A stretch of DNA of 64,000 nt from Acholeplasma sp. (GTDB taxonomy: Bacteria; Bacillota_I; Bacilli_A; Acholeplasmatales; UBA5453): positions 32,001-96,000 of the forward strand of contig JAVBWN010000016.1 in assembly GCA_036677365.1 (NCBI GenBank), read 5' to 3'. Numbering within the stretch: position 1 is the first letter of the stretch; each line of letters opens with the position of its first letter. The notes under the pieces were generated by a model. That model was not told where the DNA came from. It searched no databases and was given only the letters and a program-made list of their open reading frames with translations. Positions 1 to 12,093 of the stretch are shown piece by piece. Position numbers and translations under genes: made by a program.

Positions 1-1777
1 AAAGAAAGTTAAAGCGAAACTCAATGACATTTCCGATAAACTCATCGCTTTATATTCCGAACGTGAACAAGCCAAAGGGTACAGTTTTGATAAAGACAAT
101 GAGATGCAAAAACAGTTTGAAGCTGCCTTTGAATACGATGAAACCATCGACCAATTGAAGTCGATTGATTCAGTTAAACAAGATATGGAATCTCAAAAAC
201 CAATGGATAGACTCCTCATTGGCGATGTCGGTTATGGTAAAACCGAAGTCGCGATGCGTGCCGCATTCAAAGCGGTGATGTCCGATAAACAAGTCGCTTA
301 TTTGGTGCCTACCACCGTATTGGCGAGACAACATTATTATGCTTTCAAAAAACGGTTTGAACCGTTTGGTGTGACTGTAGAATTGTTATCACGATTTGTC
401 ACGAATAAGGAACAAACCGATGTTTTAAAACGCTTAAAAGGCGGTTTTGTCGATGTTGTCATCGGGACACACCGATTGTTATCTAAAGACATTGGATTTA
501 AAGATTTAGGGTTACTCATCATCGATGAAGAACAACGCTTTGGTGTGGAACACAAAGAACGCATCAAAGAGATGCGCGTCAATGTCGATTGTTTATCGTT
601 ATCCGCTACCCCAATCCCCAGAACCTTACAAATGGCTTTGATGGGCATTAAAGACTTATCGATGATTGAAACCCCACCTTTAAACCGTTACCCCATTCAA
701 ACCTACATCGTGGAACGTCATGACGCCATCATCAAAGAAGCGATTGAACGTGAGATATCCAGAGCTGGACAAGTTTTCTATTTATATAACCGTGTACTAG
801 ATATGGAACTGATGGTGACGAAGATTTCAAAACTCGTCCCTGAGGCGAAAGTTTGTTTCGCCCATGGGAAGATGTCTAAAGAACAGATTGAAGATGTTTT
901 ATCCGATTTCATCGACCGAAAATACGATGTTTTAGTATCCACAACCATCATCGAAACCGGGATTGATATTCCAAATACGAATACCTTACTGATACATGAC
1001 GCCGATCAACTGGGTCTTTCACAACTCTATCAAATTCGAGGTCGTGTTGGACGTAGTGATAAAATCGCTTATGCGTATTTAATGTATGCACGTGGTAAAC
1101 ACATGACCGAAGACGCGGAAAAACGTTTGAAAACCATTCAAGACTTCACAGAACTGGGCAGCGGATTTAAAATCGCGATGCGCGATTTATCGATCCGTGG
1201 GGCAGGGGATATTTTGGGCGGTGAACAAAGTGGCTTCATCGATACCGTTGGGATGGATATGTATCTAAAACTACTCGAAGAAACCATCGATGAAAAACGG
1301 GGGATTAAAAAAGAAGAACCTAAAGAAGCGATGGATATCCCGTTATCGAATCGACACATCCAAAATGAGTACATTGAAAACGATGAAGTCAGGGTGGCGA
1401 TTCATAAGCGTATCGCTGAGCTTAACACCATCAATGACGTTGAAAACCTTCGTATAGAACTCACCGACCGATTTGGTCAAGTAGATATCAATTTGGTTGA
1501 ATACATGTTTGAGAAGGTGTTTAAGAAATTGATTGCGAAACTGGGGGTAGAAAAGACCATCAAGACCAAGACCGATGTCACGTTGATTCTATCATCAGAA
1601 GCCTCAAAACGCGTCAACGGCCAATCGTTATTTATGACGACAGCGTTGGTAGACTCTACCATTAAACTTGCTTATATTCATGACCGTATTCAAATCACAC
1701 TCATCATTCAAAATAAGCAAAAACATTATCTTGAAGAATTCATTGAGTATTTATCGATTGTCACGCAACATATGTAA
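1..1777 (+). CDS. mfd: Transcription-repair coupling factor (5'-truncated by window edge)
   Basis: Frame open from base 2 (KKVKAKLNDISDKLIALY); motifs GDVGYGKTEVA, IIDEEQRFG, SATPIPRT, QIRGRVGR, RDLSIRGAG; C-terminal TRCF-like region. Confidence 0.97.
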   Translation, partial: KKVKAKLNDISDKLIALYSEREQAKGYSFDKDNEMQKQFEAAFEYDETIDQLKSIDSVKQDMESQKPMDRLLIGDVGYGKTEVAMRAAFKAVMSDKQVAYLVPTTVLARQHYYAFKKRFEPFGVTVELLSRFVTNKEQTDVLKRLKGGFVDVVIGTHRLLSKDIGFKDLGLLIIDEEQRFGVEHKERIKEMRVNVDCLSLSATPIPRTLQMALMGIKDLSMIETPPLNRYPIQTYIVERHDAIIKEAIEREISRAGQVFYLYNRVLDMELMVTKISKLVPEAKVCFAHGKMSKEQIEDVLSDFIDRKYDVLVSTTIIETGIDIPNTNTLLIHDADQLGLSQLYQIRGRVGRSDKIAYAYLMYARGKHMTEDAEKRLKTIQDFTELGSGFKIAMRDLSIRGAGDILGGEQSGFIDTVGMDMYLKLLEETIDEKRGIKKEEPKEAMDIPLSNRHIQNEYIENDEVRVAIHKRIAELNTINDVENLRIELTDRFGQVDINLVEYMFEKVFKKLIAKLGVEKTIKTKTDVTLILSSEASKRVNGQSLFMTTALVDSTIKLAYIHDRIQITLIIQNKQKHYLEEFIEYLSIVTQHM

Positions 1778-1840
1778 TATAGGTCGTTTGTAACGAACAA
1801 AAACACTATAAACACAGTTTTCATACACCTTTAGCGAACA

Positions 1841-1916
1841 AAAAAACACGATTAATTGACCATGAACTGACGCTTCCTCATTAAAAAGCACCTTCATGAT
1901 GGCTTATCGTGTTTTT
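1841..1916. terminator. Long imperfect hairpin between convergent mfd and secB-like genes
   Basis: aaaaacacgat...catgaa pairs with ttcatg...atcgtgttttt; A/T runs at both ends. Confidence 0.55.
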
Positions 1917-1920
1917 AGTT

Positions 1921-2307
1921 TTATTCGATGGCTACAAATTGACGTACATCAATGATTGGCAATACTAATGGGGGTAGTATTGCAGCTGAAACAACAGAAT
2001 TAATTGCTGATCTCATGAAAGGGAAAATCATTTGAATAGCATTTACATTTAGATATGTATCAATCTCTTCTCTAGATGAATACTCTTTTAACGTAAATTG
2101 AGTCTCGAACTCAACACTGATATCCAGTGGAAATGGATTAGTGGGTGTGTTCTTTATCTCAACTACTAACGTTAGTTTGAACTTATCATCGCCTAGGTCG
2201 GTAATCTTTTTATAATAATTAGGTAATATCTTGAAATTTTCTCCACTTAAGCAATTATCAAGCAGGGTGATTTTCTTTGCATGGATGTTGGTGTGGTTGA
2301 TTTTCAT
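1921..2307 (-). CDS. SecB-like chaperone of TAC module
   Basis: 128 aa from ATG 2307 with GGAGGA RBS; SecB signature NAIQMIFPFMRSAINSV...LPPLVLPIID. Confidence 0.85.
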   Translation of the reverse strand: MKINHTNIHAKKITLLDNCLSGENFKILPNYYKKITDLGDDKFKLTLVVEIKNTPTNPFPLDISVEFETQFTLKEYSSREEIDTYLNVNAIQMIFPFMRSAINSVVSAAILPPLVLPIIDVRQFVAIE

Positions 2308-2716
2308 AGTACATTCCTCCTTGATAGTTGTAAACATTATTTTGTTGTTTATTATTAAAAACACGATTATAGTAGAACTCTATATCCTCTCTAAACTCGG
2401 TTATTTTAGAAAACAGAATTTGGTCGATATCAAGTTTATGGTCATTGAGTGTCAATTTTAGTCCCAATGCGTCAGTAATCTTTATGATTGTATCAAGCTG
2501 TGGGGAATTTGTATTATTTTCAATTCTCGCTATAGCGGGTTGTTTTAACCCAGTCATTTCAGCCAATTGTTTTTGACTTATTCCTTTGCTTTTTCTGGTG
2601 TTAACAATAGTTTCAATTAATTCTTTTTCAATTCTGTAAAGATCTCCCCATTTTTTTAGTGTTTCATCGTTTCTTTCAACATCGTCTAAAAATGTAAAGA
2701 TATTATTTTTTTTCAT
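2258..2716 (-). CDS. HigA-like XRE HTH antitoxin with C-terminal ChAD-like tail
   Basis: RKSKGISQKQLAEMTGLKQPAIARIEN HTH, then about 60 aa N/Q/Y-rich tail overlapping the secB-like start. Confidence 0.85.
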   Translation of the reverse strand: MKKNNIFTFLDDVERNDETLKKWGDLYRIEKELIETIVNTRKSKGISQKQLAEMTGLKQPAIARIENNTNSPQLDTIIKITDALGLKLTLNDHKLDIDQILFSKITEFREDIEFYYNRVFNNKQQNNVYNYQGGMYYENQPHQHPCKENHPA

Positions 2717-2779
2717 TTTTGCTCCTCTACCTTATCTTTATTTGCATTAACAAATGAGTATTCAAATGAACCATATATA

Positions 2780-2788
2780 AGTATAACA
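2780..2788 (-). promoter_or_regulatory. Possible internal extended -10 promoter for antitoxin and chaperone
   Basis: TGTTATACT on the minus strand in the 90-bp toxin-antitoxin gap. Confidence 0.4.
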
Positions 2789-2806
2789 AAAAACAATTTA
2801 GGGTTA

Positions 2807-3154
2807 TCACTGTTTTTTATGAATGTTCTTAATGTGTTTTCTAGCAATTTCAATTTCTGATGGTGGTGTCGATTGACTCTTCTTAAAAAAGCCATTCAAT
2901 ATGTAAAACTTTCCATTGAAAAACGTAAACATGACCCTTAAATTAGTGGTACGCAACTCGTACAGATCATCCTCTAGTTTTTTAAAGGACTCTCGTTTGA
3001 ATTTTTCGTTCATCTCTAAACCATGCTCAGCTAGTTTATCCATATATCTTCTTAAATCAATCCAATTTTTAGGGTTCCCCGAACTTTTGATATCAGCAAT
3101 CAAATCATTTATAAGAGCTCTATCTTTGTCTGGGTAAGGAATAACTTCATACAT
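2807..3154 (-). CDS. HigB/RelE-superfamily (Gp49-like) toxin
   Basis: KKLEDDLYELR..LRVMF...ILNGFFKKSQSTPPSEIEIARK; toxin-first order; AGGAG RBS. Confidence 0.88.
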   Translation of the reverse strand: MYEVIPYPDKDRALINDLIADIKSSGNPKNWIDLRRYMDKLAEHGLEMNEKFKRESFKKLEDDLYELRTTNLRVMFTFFNGKFYILNGFFKKSQSTPPSEIEIARKHIKNIHKKQ

Positions 3155-3180
3155 ACATAGATAGGCTCCTTTTCAAGAAT

Positions 3181-3196
3181 ATAACAAATTTGTTAT
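3181..3196. promoter_or_regulatory. Perfect 16-bp palindrome, likely antitoxin operator
   Basis: ATAACAAATTTGTTAT 26 bp upstream of the toxin start. Confidence 0.65.
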
Positions 3197-3449
3197 TGCG
3201 AGATCATTTTATCATGATGGTTCGTATAAGTCAATCACTAATTATTCATCATCAACCAACTATAAATATTAACTACACTTTTTGATGTCCATTTTTAACT
3301 CCTATTTGAATGAAATCGAGATTCACTATAAAAAAAATCAGTCCCATCTATTTGATCGTTCAATTTCTTTTCTATGAATCAAATTCGAAATCTAAAATGA
3401 TTATTACGACAAGTGATATAATGAAGTTAGAAAGGTGGGAGAAACCATT

Positions 3450-5153
3450 ATGGATATCAACGCACTCACACTCAAAGCGAATTCAGGAGATCTAGACGCA
3501 TGTTATGATCTCGCGATGTTATATAAAATAGGTAAGGGTGTTTTACAAAACGACCAAGTCTACGAAAAATACATCAAAATGGCCAGTGCTAAAAACCACC
3601 CTAAAGCCTTATTGGAATTGGGTTTTATTTTAGTGGCAGCAAACAAAGTAGAAGAAGGCATCGACAAGATCAAACTCTCTGCTAAGAAAGGTTACCTCGA
3701 AGCGAACTATTACTGTGGTCAAATCTATTTTGGTAAGTTATACAATCAACCACCCAATTATAAAGTCGGATTTAAATACTTTGAAACATACATGGTGGAA
3801 TATGAGCCACAAACCTTCCAGTTTTTAAGCGAGTTTGACCCACGCTTGTTCTCATCCTCGGATGCAGAACTCGAACGTTTGGTTCAACTCTATGAAAAAT
3901 ACGGGATGCCGAGTGGGTTATACAACGCCGCTATCGTTCATTTAGAAGCGAAGAAACCCAATTATGAAAAAGCAATTGAAAACTTAACCAATGCGCATAA
4001 AAAAGGATACTTAGCGGCCACCCACCGTTTATTCTTAATCTACTATGATCAAAGTCCACTGTATAAAGATTTCCATGGTAAAGACTACGTCAAAGCGACC
4101 ACCTATTATGTACTATTATTAAATGCGAATTATAAACCCAATCTTGAAAACGATGGACAATCTTCTTTCTTCATTCCACCCAAAGGTGGGTATTTGGCAC
4201 AAGTATTCGACTACAACAAATACATCGAAGACTATAAAACCTACATCTTCCAATCGATTTCCTATGAAACGGATTTTTCAACACACATCAAGGATGTTAA
4301 AATCATCCCTGAACTGATGTTAGAACCTCAGCCATTGATGTTTTACAATGGTAAGATCGATTATTATAAAGAAAAACCAAAGAAGAAAAAAGAAGTGGAA
4401 GTCATTCAAAAAGACATCAGTTATAAAAACTTCGAAACACGCCCCGACAGTAAGCTTTCGGTCTTGTCTGAACGTGCCATCTTTGGCAAGTTCAACATGA
4501 CTTCTGGCATTTGTGTATTTAAAGCCTATGAACCTGAAAAACAAATCCTTGAAACACTGCACAAACAAGCCGATAAAGAAAAAGCCACCTATAAAGATTT
4601 ATTGGTGGATTCAAAAATCGATTTTGACTTTGCCTATTTATTTAAGCCATCGCTCAGACTAAGATACAAATACTTAGATGATTCTTATGAAACCAGCATT
4701 ACCCCAGAAGACATTCAAGCTGGTGTCTTGTTAGAAGGGCCACTTAAACCAGAAGTAGAAAAAGCAATTCAAAAAGTCATTAAGAGCATGTCTAAACCAA
4801 AGACCAACCTCTATACCCTCTTTAATATCATTTTATTGTTATCGCTTTTTTCGATGAACTTCTTGTATTTTGACAAACTCGAATCTACCTTGGGTTTAGT
4901 GATGGCACTTGGTTCTTTCGTTTATATGATCGTGGTTTATTTCATGAGTAAACTTGGACCAAAGAAGATTGAAGTGTTATCTAAGACACAACTCATCAAG
5001 ATGAATGACGCCTTAGACTTTAAAAAAGCCATTAAGATCAAAAAAGCCAACGGTAGAAAGAAACGTTTACCACTGGTTTTGGCGGTATTTGGTTTTGTGA
5101 TTGCTTTAGCATTGGTTATGGATGTCTATTTGAATATTGTAAACCTCATTTAG
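3450..5153 (+). CDS. Sel1-repeat protein with C-terminal membrane helices
   Basis: ANSGDLDACYDLAMLYKIGKGV and SAKKGYLEANYYCGQIY Sel1 repeats; about 3 hydrophobic segments at C-terminus. Confidence 0.75.
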   Translation: MDINALTLKANSGDLDACYDLAMLYKIGKGVLQNDQVYEKYIKMASAKNHPKALLELGFILVAANKVEEGIDKIKLSAKKGYLEANYYCGQIYFGKLYNQPPNYKVGFKYFETYMVEYEPQTFQFLSEFDPRLFSSSDAELERLVQLYEKYGMPSGLYNAAIVHLEAKKPNYEKAIENLTNAHKKGYLAATHRLFLIYYDQSPLYKDFHGKDYVKATTYYVLLLNANYKPNLENDGQSSFFIPPKGGYLAQVFDYNKYIEDYKTYIFQSISYETDFSTHIKDVKIIPELMLEPQPLMFYNGKIDYYKEKPKKKKEVEVIQKDISYKNFETRPDSKLSVLSERAIFGKFNMTSGICVFKAYEPEKQILETLHKQADKEKATYKDLLVDSKIDFDFAYLFKPSLRLRYKYLDDSYETSITPEDIQAGVLLEGPLKPEVEKAIQKVIKSMSKPKTNLYTLFNIILLLSLFSMNFLYFDKLESTLGLVMALGSFVYMIVVYFMSKLGPKKIEVLSKTQLIKMNDALDFKKAIKIKKANGRKKRLPLVLAVFGFVIALALVMDVYLNIVNLI

Positions 5154-5159
5154 AAATTG

Positions 5160-5182
5160 ACCTCAGAAATGAGGTTTTTTCT
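5160..5182 (+). terminator. Intrinsic terminator
   Basis: acctca-gaaa-tgaggt followed by T run. Confidence 0.75.
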
Positions 5183-5264
5183 TTGTTTTATCACTGTTTT
5201 TTCAAAATATCATTTATTTTTAAGATTTTGAGTCTATAATGAAATTAAGAAGGATAGTGATAAC

Positions 5265-6251
5265 ATGGCTTTATCACGTGCATCCAGAATCGAACGCGAA
5301 CGCAAAAACTTCATATTAAAACGTTACTTAAGCGGCATCATGCTCACGACAGTCGCTGCGGTAGCGTCTTTAAGGTTATTCCAACCGGTTTTGATTCAAC
5401 TGCTATCACTGTATAATACCGGTAATACATTAAACTATGAATTCTATATTGAACATCACCCGGATTTAAAAATGGAAACCTTAAGGGTGAGTTTAGAAAG
5501 CACACAAGAATATTATGAACAACCGCTGGGTGTAGGTAACCAAATGGGGGCATTCAATACCCTCATTGTGGGCAGAGAATACACATTAAAAGTGAAGGGA
5601 GATTTTGGTTTTGGGGATCAGTCGGTCTATGAAACCAAATACCGACTCTCAACCAAACCGGTGGGCAGTCTTTCCATTTCACAAAACATCCACACACTCT
5701 ATTATTACTTAAGTGTCACAGACTTATATGACATCATCCCAAGCGAGGTTGTTCTATTGAGGGTATATCAGTTTGGGGTACTGTTTGAAACCATCGAAGT
5801 CGTATTGGACGCTTCGGGCAACACCCAAAGCTATGGCGAAATCAATGACGTTAAGGCAGATGGGTTCGAATACCACTTCGAAATTGTTTACCCAGAGCGT
5901 GGTGGTTATCAAACCTTATATGAAACCGACTTCAAAACCTCCAATGACCCAGTCATCTATGGCAGTGCCTATATCGATTTAGATCAAGTATCTTATTATT
6001 TCTATGTGTATGATTTCGCTTTAAAACGATTAACAAATGATATTAGGATTGCTTTGTATTTGGATCAAACCAAAGTCTATGAAGTGACATTGACACTGTC
6101 TGAAGAACTCATCGTAGAAGGGATCATCGAAAACATCGACCCAACCAAAGTATATGAAATCCAGGTGTCTTTATATTTAGAAAAAGGATTTAGCGTTATC
6201 CATCAATCATATGTGTACCAATGGGAGGAACACTACAATGAAACTCAATAA
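5265..6251 (+). CDS. Hypothetical membrane-anchored beta-rich protein
   Basis: 328 aa ORF, AAGGA RBS, N-terminal hydrophobic segment, about three similar beta-rich blocks ending YETKY/YETDF/HQSY. Confidence 0.65.
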   Translation: MALSRASRIERERKNFILKRYLSGIMLTTVAAVASLRLFQPVLIQLLSLYNTGNTLNYEFYIEHHPDLKMETLRVSLESTQEYYEQPLGVGNQMGAFNTLIVGREYTLKVKGDFGFGDQSVYETKYRLSTKPVGSLSISQNIHTLYYYLSVTDLYDIIPSEVVLLRVYQFGVLFETIEVVLDASGNTQSYGEINDVKADGFEYHFEIVYPERGGYQTLYETDFKTSNDPVIYGSAYIDLDQVSYYFYVYDFALKRLTNDIRIALYLDQTKVYEVTLTLSEELIVEGIIENIDPTKVYEIQVSLYLEKGFSVIHQSYVYQWEEHYNETQ

Positions 6252-7173
6252 AAAACAAATCACAACCATCGTTTTCGGTTCACTCGCAGGCGTATTTCTA
6301 CTACTCGCGATTTTAGGTAAATACATTTTTAAACCCGGGACACTCCTCTATGAAATCTCTGCAGATAACATCGGTAAATTTTTTGGCGTGGTGGATTTCT
6401 TTGAAAACAACATTCCAAACATCGTCGAAACCATCGCAGTCATTGTGTTCTTATGGGTGGTATCAAAGCTCTCTGAATTACTGTTAAAAGTGGTTACCCT
6501 CAAAGGCAAGAAATCCAGAACCATCGCGAACTTACTCGCATCGATGATCAAGTATGGTGTTTTAATCGTTGGTGCATTCCTAGTCTTATCTGCTTGGGGT
6601 GTTTCAACACCTACCTTACTCGCATCACTAGGTATTTTAGGGTTAGCATTAACCTTTGGTGCACAATCCTTGGTTGAAGATATATTATCTGGACTATTCA
6701 TCATTTTTGAAGACCAATTTGAAATCAATGACATCATTCAAATTGGTGACTTTAGGGGCCGTGTCACAGACATCGGCGTACGTGTCACCAAGTTTGAAGA
6801 CGTCAATGGCGACATCAAGATTATTAACAACTCGGATATCCGCGGCGCGATCAATACCACCAATAAATTATCCCCTGCCATCTGTGATGTATCGGTATCT
6901 TATGGTGCGAATCTTAAATCCATCGAAGAAGTCATCAAAGCAAATCTACACAAAATCAAAGAAAACATACCAAATATCAAAGAAGGGCCATTCTACTATG
7001 GTGTTCAAGAATTGGGGGCTTCCGGGGTAGTTCTACGCATTTACGCGAAGTGTGAAGAGTTGGATAAGTATGGTGTCAGACGTCAACTCAACCGCGAAAT
7101 CAAACTCATCTTTGATGAAAATAACATTGAAATCCCATTCAATCAAATTGTGGTACATCAGGCTAAAGAATAG
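6238..7173 (+). CDS. mscS: Small-conductance mechanosensitive channel
   Basis: LGILGLALTFGAQSLVEDILSGLFIIFEDQFEIND...IEIPF; GGAGG RBS. Confidence 0.9.
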   Translation: MKLNKKQITTIVFGSLAGVFLLLAILGKYIFKPGTLLYEISADNIGKFFGVVDFFENNIPNIVETIAVIVFLWVVSKLSELLLKVVTLKGKKSRTIANLLASMIKYGVLIVGAFLVLSAWGVSTPTLLASLGILGLALTFGAQSLVEDILSGLFIIFEDQFEINDIIQIGDFRGRVTDIGVRVTKFEDVNGDIKIINNSDIRGAINTTNKLSPAICDVSVSYGANLKSIEEVIKANLHKIKENIPNIKEGPFYYGVQELGASGVVLRIYAKCEELDKYGVRRQLNREIKLIFDENNIEIPFNQIVVHQAKE

Positions 7174-7263
7174 TGATCACACACTATTCTTTTTTTTGAA
7201 TGTAAAATGAAATAGTAAATAATACACAATTGGTGTATAATCAACCTAAAGAAGGCGATACTT

Positions 7264-7995
7264 ATGCAGCTCTTACTATTTATGTTCATTTTGAACTATT
7301 TTATCTTTAGAAGAGACATCGATGTAGATTATTTAAGAAATAACTTCTTTTCGATCCATTTCTACAGATGGATGGTAATGATTCCAGTAATAATACCCTT
7401 GATTCCTTATCAGTTTTATGAATTTGATAACTATGCGATTACAAATATCTATACGTTTGTTATTGAGTTTTCGGTATCTTTTAGTACATTATTCATTATT
7501 TTTGATATGGGTAGGAATCTATTTAAAATCAAACACCCAGAAATCTACTATAAAAATCACTTCTTCATTATGTCAATCACAGCTATGATTGAACTTTTAA
7601 TCAGTTCAATGATTATGCATTATCTCATCGGATTAGAGGAATTGGTGTTCATCATTGGCTCAGAGCGATATTGGTTTGGTGCGTATGTTATCTTGATTGT
7701 ACCTATGTTCTATATTCAGGTATACATCGATCAAGTGAACAAAAGAGGCATAACGATTTTCCCTTGGTTAAGTATTTTTGAACGGGTATTTTGGTTTTAT
7801 GTCATCACAGAAGGTTTATGGTTTCTATTACCGGCAACCCTACTCATTCGATGGATTGTCCTTCGATTTCCTAAAGGGAAACACTTATATCATTGCTTTT
7901 TCACTGAAGTCATGTTAAATCTTGTCACAGTTTTGGCAGTACTGTTTTATGTGGCTTTATTCTACTATGGGTATTATGAAGTGTTCTCGTACTGA
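7264..7995 (+). CDS. Multi-pass membrane protein, paralogue 1
   Basis: 243 aa, very hydrophobic, WLSIFER motif. Confidence 0.7.
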   Translation: MQLLLFMFILNYFIFRRDIDVDYLRNNFFSIHFYRWMVMIPVIIPLIPYQFYEFDNYAITNIYTFVIEFSVSFSTLFIIFDMGRNLFKIKHPEIYYKNHFFIMSITAMIELLISSMIMHYLIGLEELVFIIGSERYWFGAYVILIVPMFYIQVYIDQVNKRGITIFPWLSIFERVFWFYVITEGLWFLLPATLLIRWIVLRFPKGKHLYHCFFTEVMLNLVTVLAVLFYVALFYYGYYEVFSY

Positions 7996-8014
7996 TCGTA
8001 AGGGGTGATTAAGG

Positions 8015-8746
8015 ATGTCTATATTTATATTCATAACATTGTTGTTTTATATGGTTCTCTATATTGAGTTGAAACCAAGCATTTCAAGTAGCCGAATGTG
8101 GGCCCAAATGCTCATCAAGTGGCTGATATACTTTATAATTGGGTTTTCTATGTCATGGGCATTTAGGGATGAATATCAGTTATTCATTATGGAACCAAAC
8201 ACAAGAGGTATATGGGTTATCAGCCTATGGTTGATTTTAGGGTTATTGATGGATGTGGGTCTTCAGCTGTTGAAATTGAGGTATAGAGCATTTTGTAGTA
8301 AGAATGCGCCTTGGATTTATGTTGTCTTCGTTCTTTTACAATCGGTTATGACGTTCTTGTTCTTCAATAATATTGGTATACAGATGAATCCATGGTTGAG
8401 GTCTGAATTCAATCTCCTCATCGTGATACTCATTACAGTGTTCCCTGGACTTCATCTTGAACTGATGACACAACGTATTGAACAAAAATACCACCCAATT
8501 TGGCCAATCATCAATATATTTGAGCGAGGGTTCATTTTATATTGTTTCTATTTCGGCAATCTCTATTTAGTGTTCATGCCACTTTCTTTAAGGATCATCA
8601 GCACAGTGATACCTCAAAAAAATTTAAAACGCTCTGATCAACTCTATCAAGCCGTTTTGAATTTGTTAATCATGGGATTTGTTTTAGTCGTTACGATGTT
8701 GATTGCGGGTCCAGATATCCTAAATATGTTTTTCAGAAACTATTAA
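8015..8746 (+). CDS. Multi-pass membrane protein, paralogue 2
   Basis: 243 aa, very hydrophobic, IINIFER motif. Confidence 0.7.
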   Translation: MSIFIFITLLFYMVLYIELKPSISSSRMWAQMLIKWLIYFIIGFSMSWAFRDEYQLFIMEPNTRGIWVISLWLILGLLMDVGLQLLKLRYRAFCSKNAPWIYVVFVLLQSVMTFLFFNNIGIQMNPWLRSEFNLLIVILITVFPGLHLELMTQRIEQKYHPIWPIINIFERGFILYCFYFGNLYLVFMPLSLRIISTVIPQKNLKRSDQLYQAVLNLLIMGFVLVVTMLIAGPDILNMFFRNY

Positions 8747-8764
8747 AACACACATATTAAATAC

Positions 8765-8800
8765 AAAAAGTGCTTTCATAAGTTTGAAAACACTTTTTTT
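8765..8800 (+). terminator. Intrinsic terminator
   Basis: aaaaagtgctttca...tgaaaacactttttt. Confidence 0.6.
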
Positions 8801-8866
8801 GTACATTTTTGTTGCTTTTTTTATGCTAATTTGTAACAATATAAGCATTGGAGGATTTATAAACCT

Positions 8867-11592
<2,726 letters not shown>

Positions 11593-11594
<2 letters not shown>

Positions 11595-11620
11595 GGCACG
11601 AATTTTCGTGCTTTTTTCTT
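11593..11620 (+). terminator. Intrinsic terminator
   Basis: ggcacga-attt-tcgtgct plus T run. Confidence 0.8.
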
Positions 11621-12093
11621 TAGGTCAAATCCTAAATGAAAAAAATCGAACAATTTTTGAAAGCGAAATTCGATGTGTTACGTTATTGGTCACTAGATGT
11701 TGAAATTGATCTCTTGAAATGATTAATAACTACAAATCATAGTTGCTTATAAAGGCTTCATGACGGGATTAATTGTTTTTAATATTTTCTTAAGATGACT
11801 TTTATTGAATGAAATGAAAAAGACATTAAAATATGATAAAATAACGTGGCGTCTATTAATATGAACAGGTTTTCATGCGATAATCCATAACTGTTGACTA
11901 ACTTTACAAGATTTATATGATATAATCATACTGTATCTATTTTCAGCCCATTTTGAAGCGTTTTTCGTAAAAATTACATTTTTATTACAGATACCACAGC
12001 GATTTATTTATACATAAAATAAACTAGTGATATAATGAGATAAAATGATTTGAATATAGAAGTTTATTCGGGGATTACTTGGGAGGGACAAGT

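Noticed and set aside
2713..2895. 60-aa ORF bridging toxin and antitoxin with ATGA overlap
   Set aside because: No RBS, half overlaps the toxin, no recognisable motif; likely incidental
8800..8866. GlnR box upstream of glnA
   Set aside because: Half-sites do not fit TGTNA-N7-TNACA spacing, and there is no adjacent glnR
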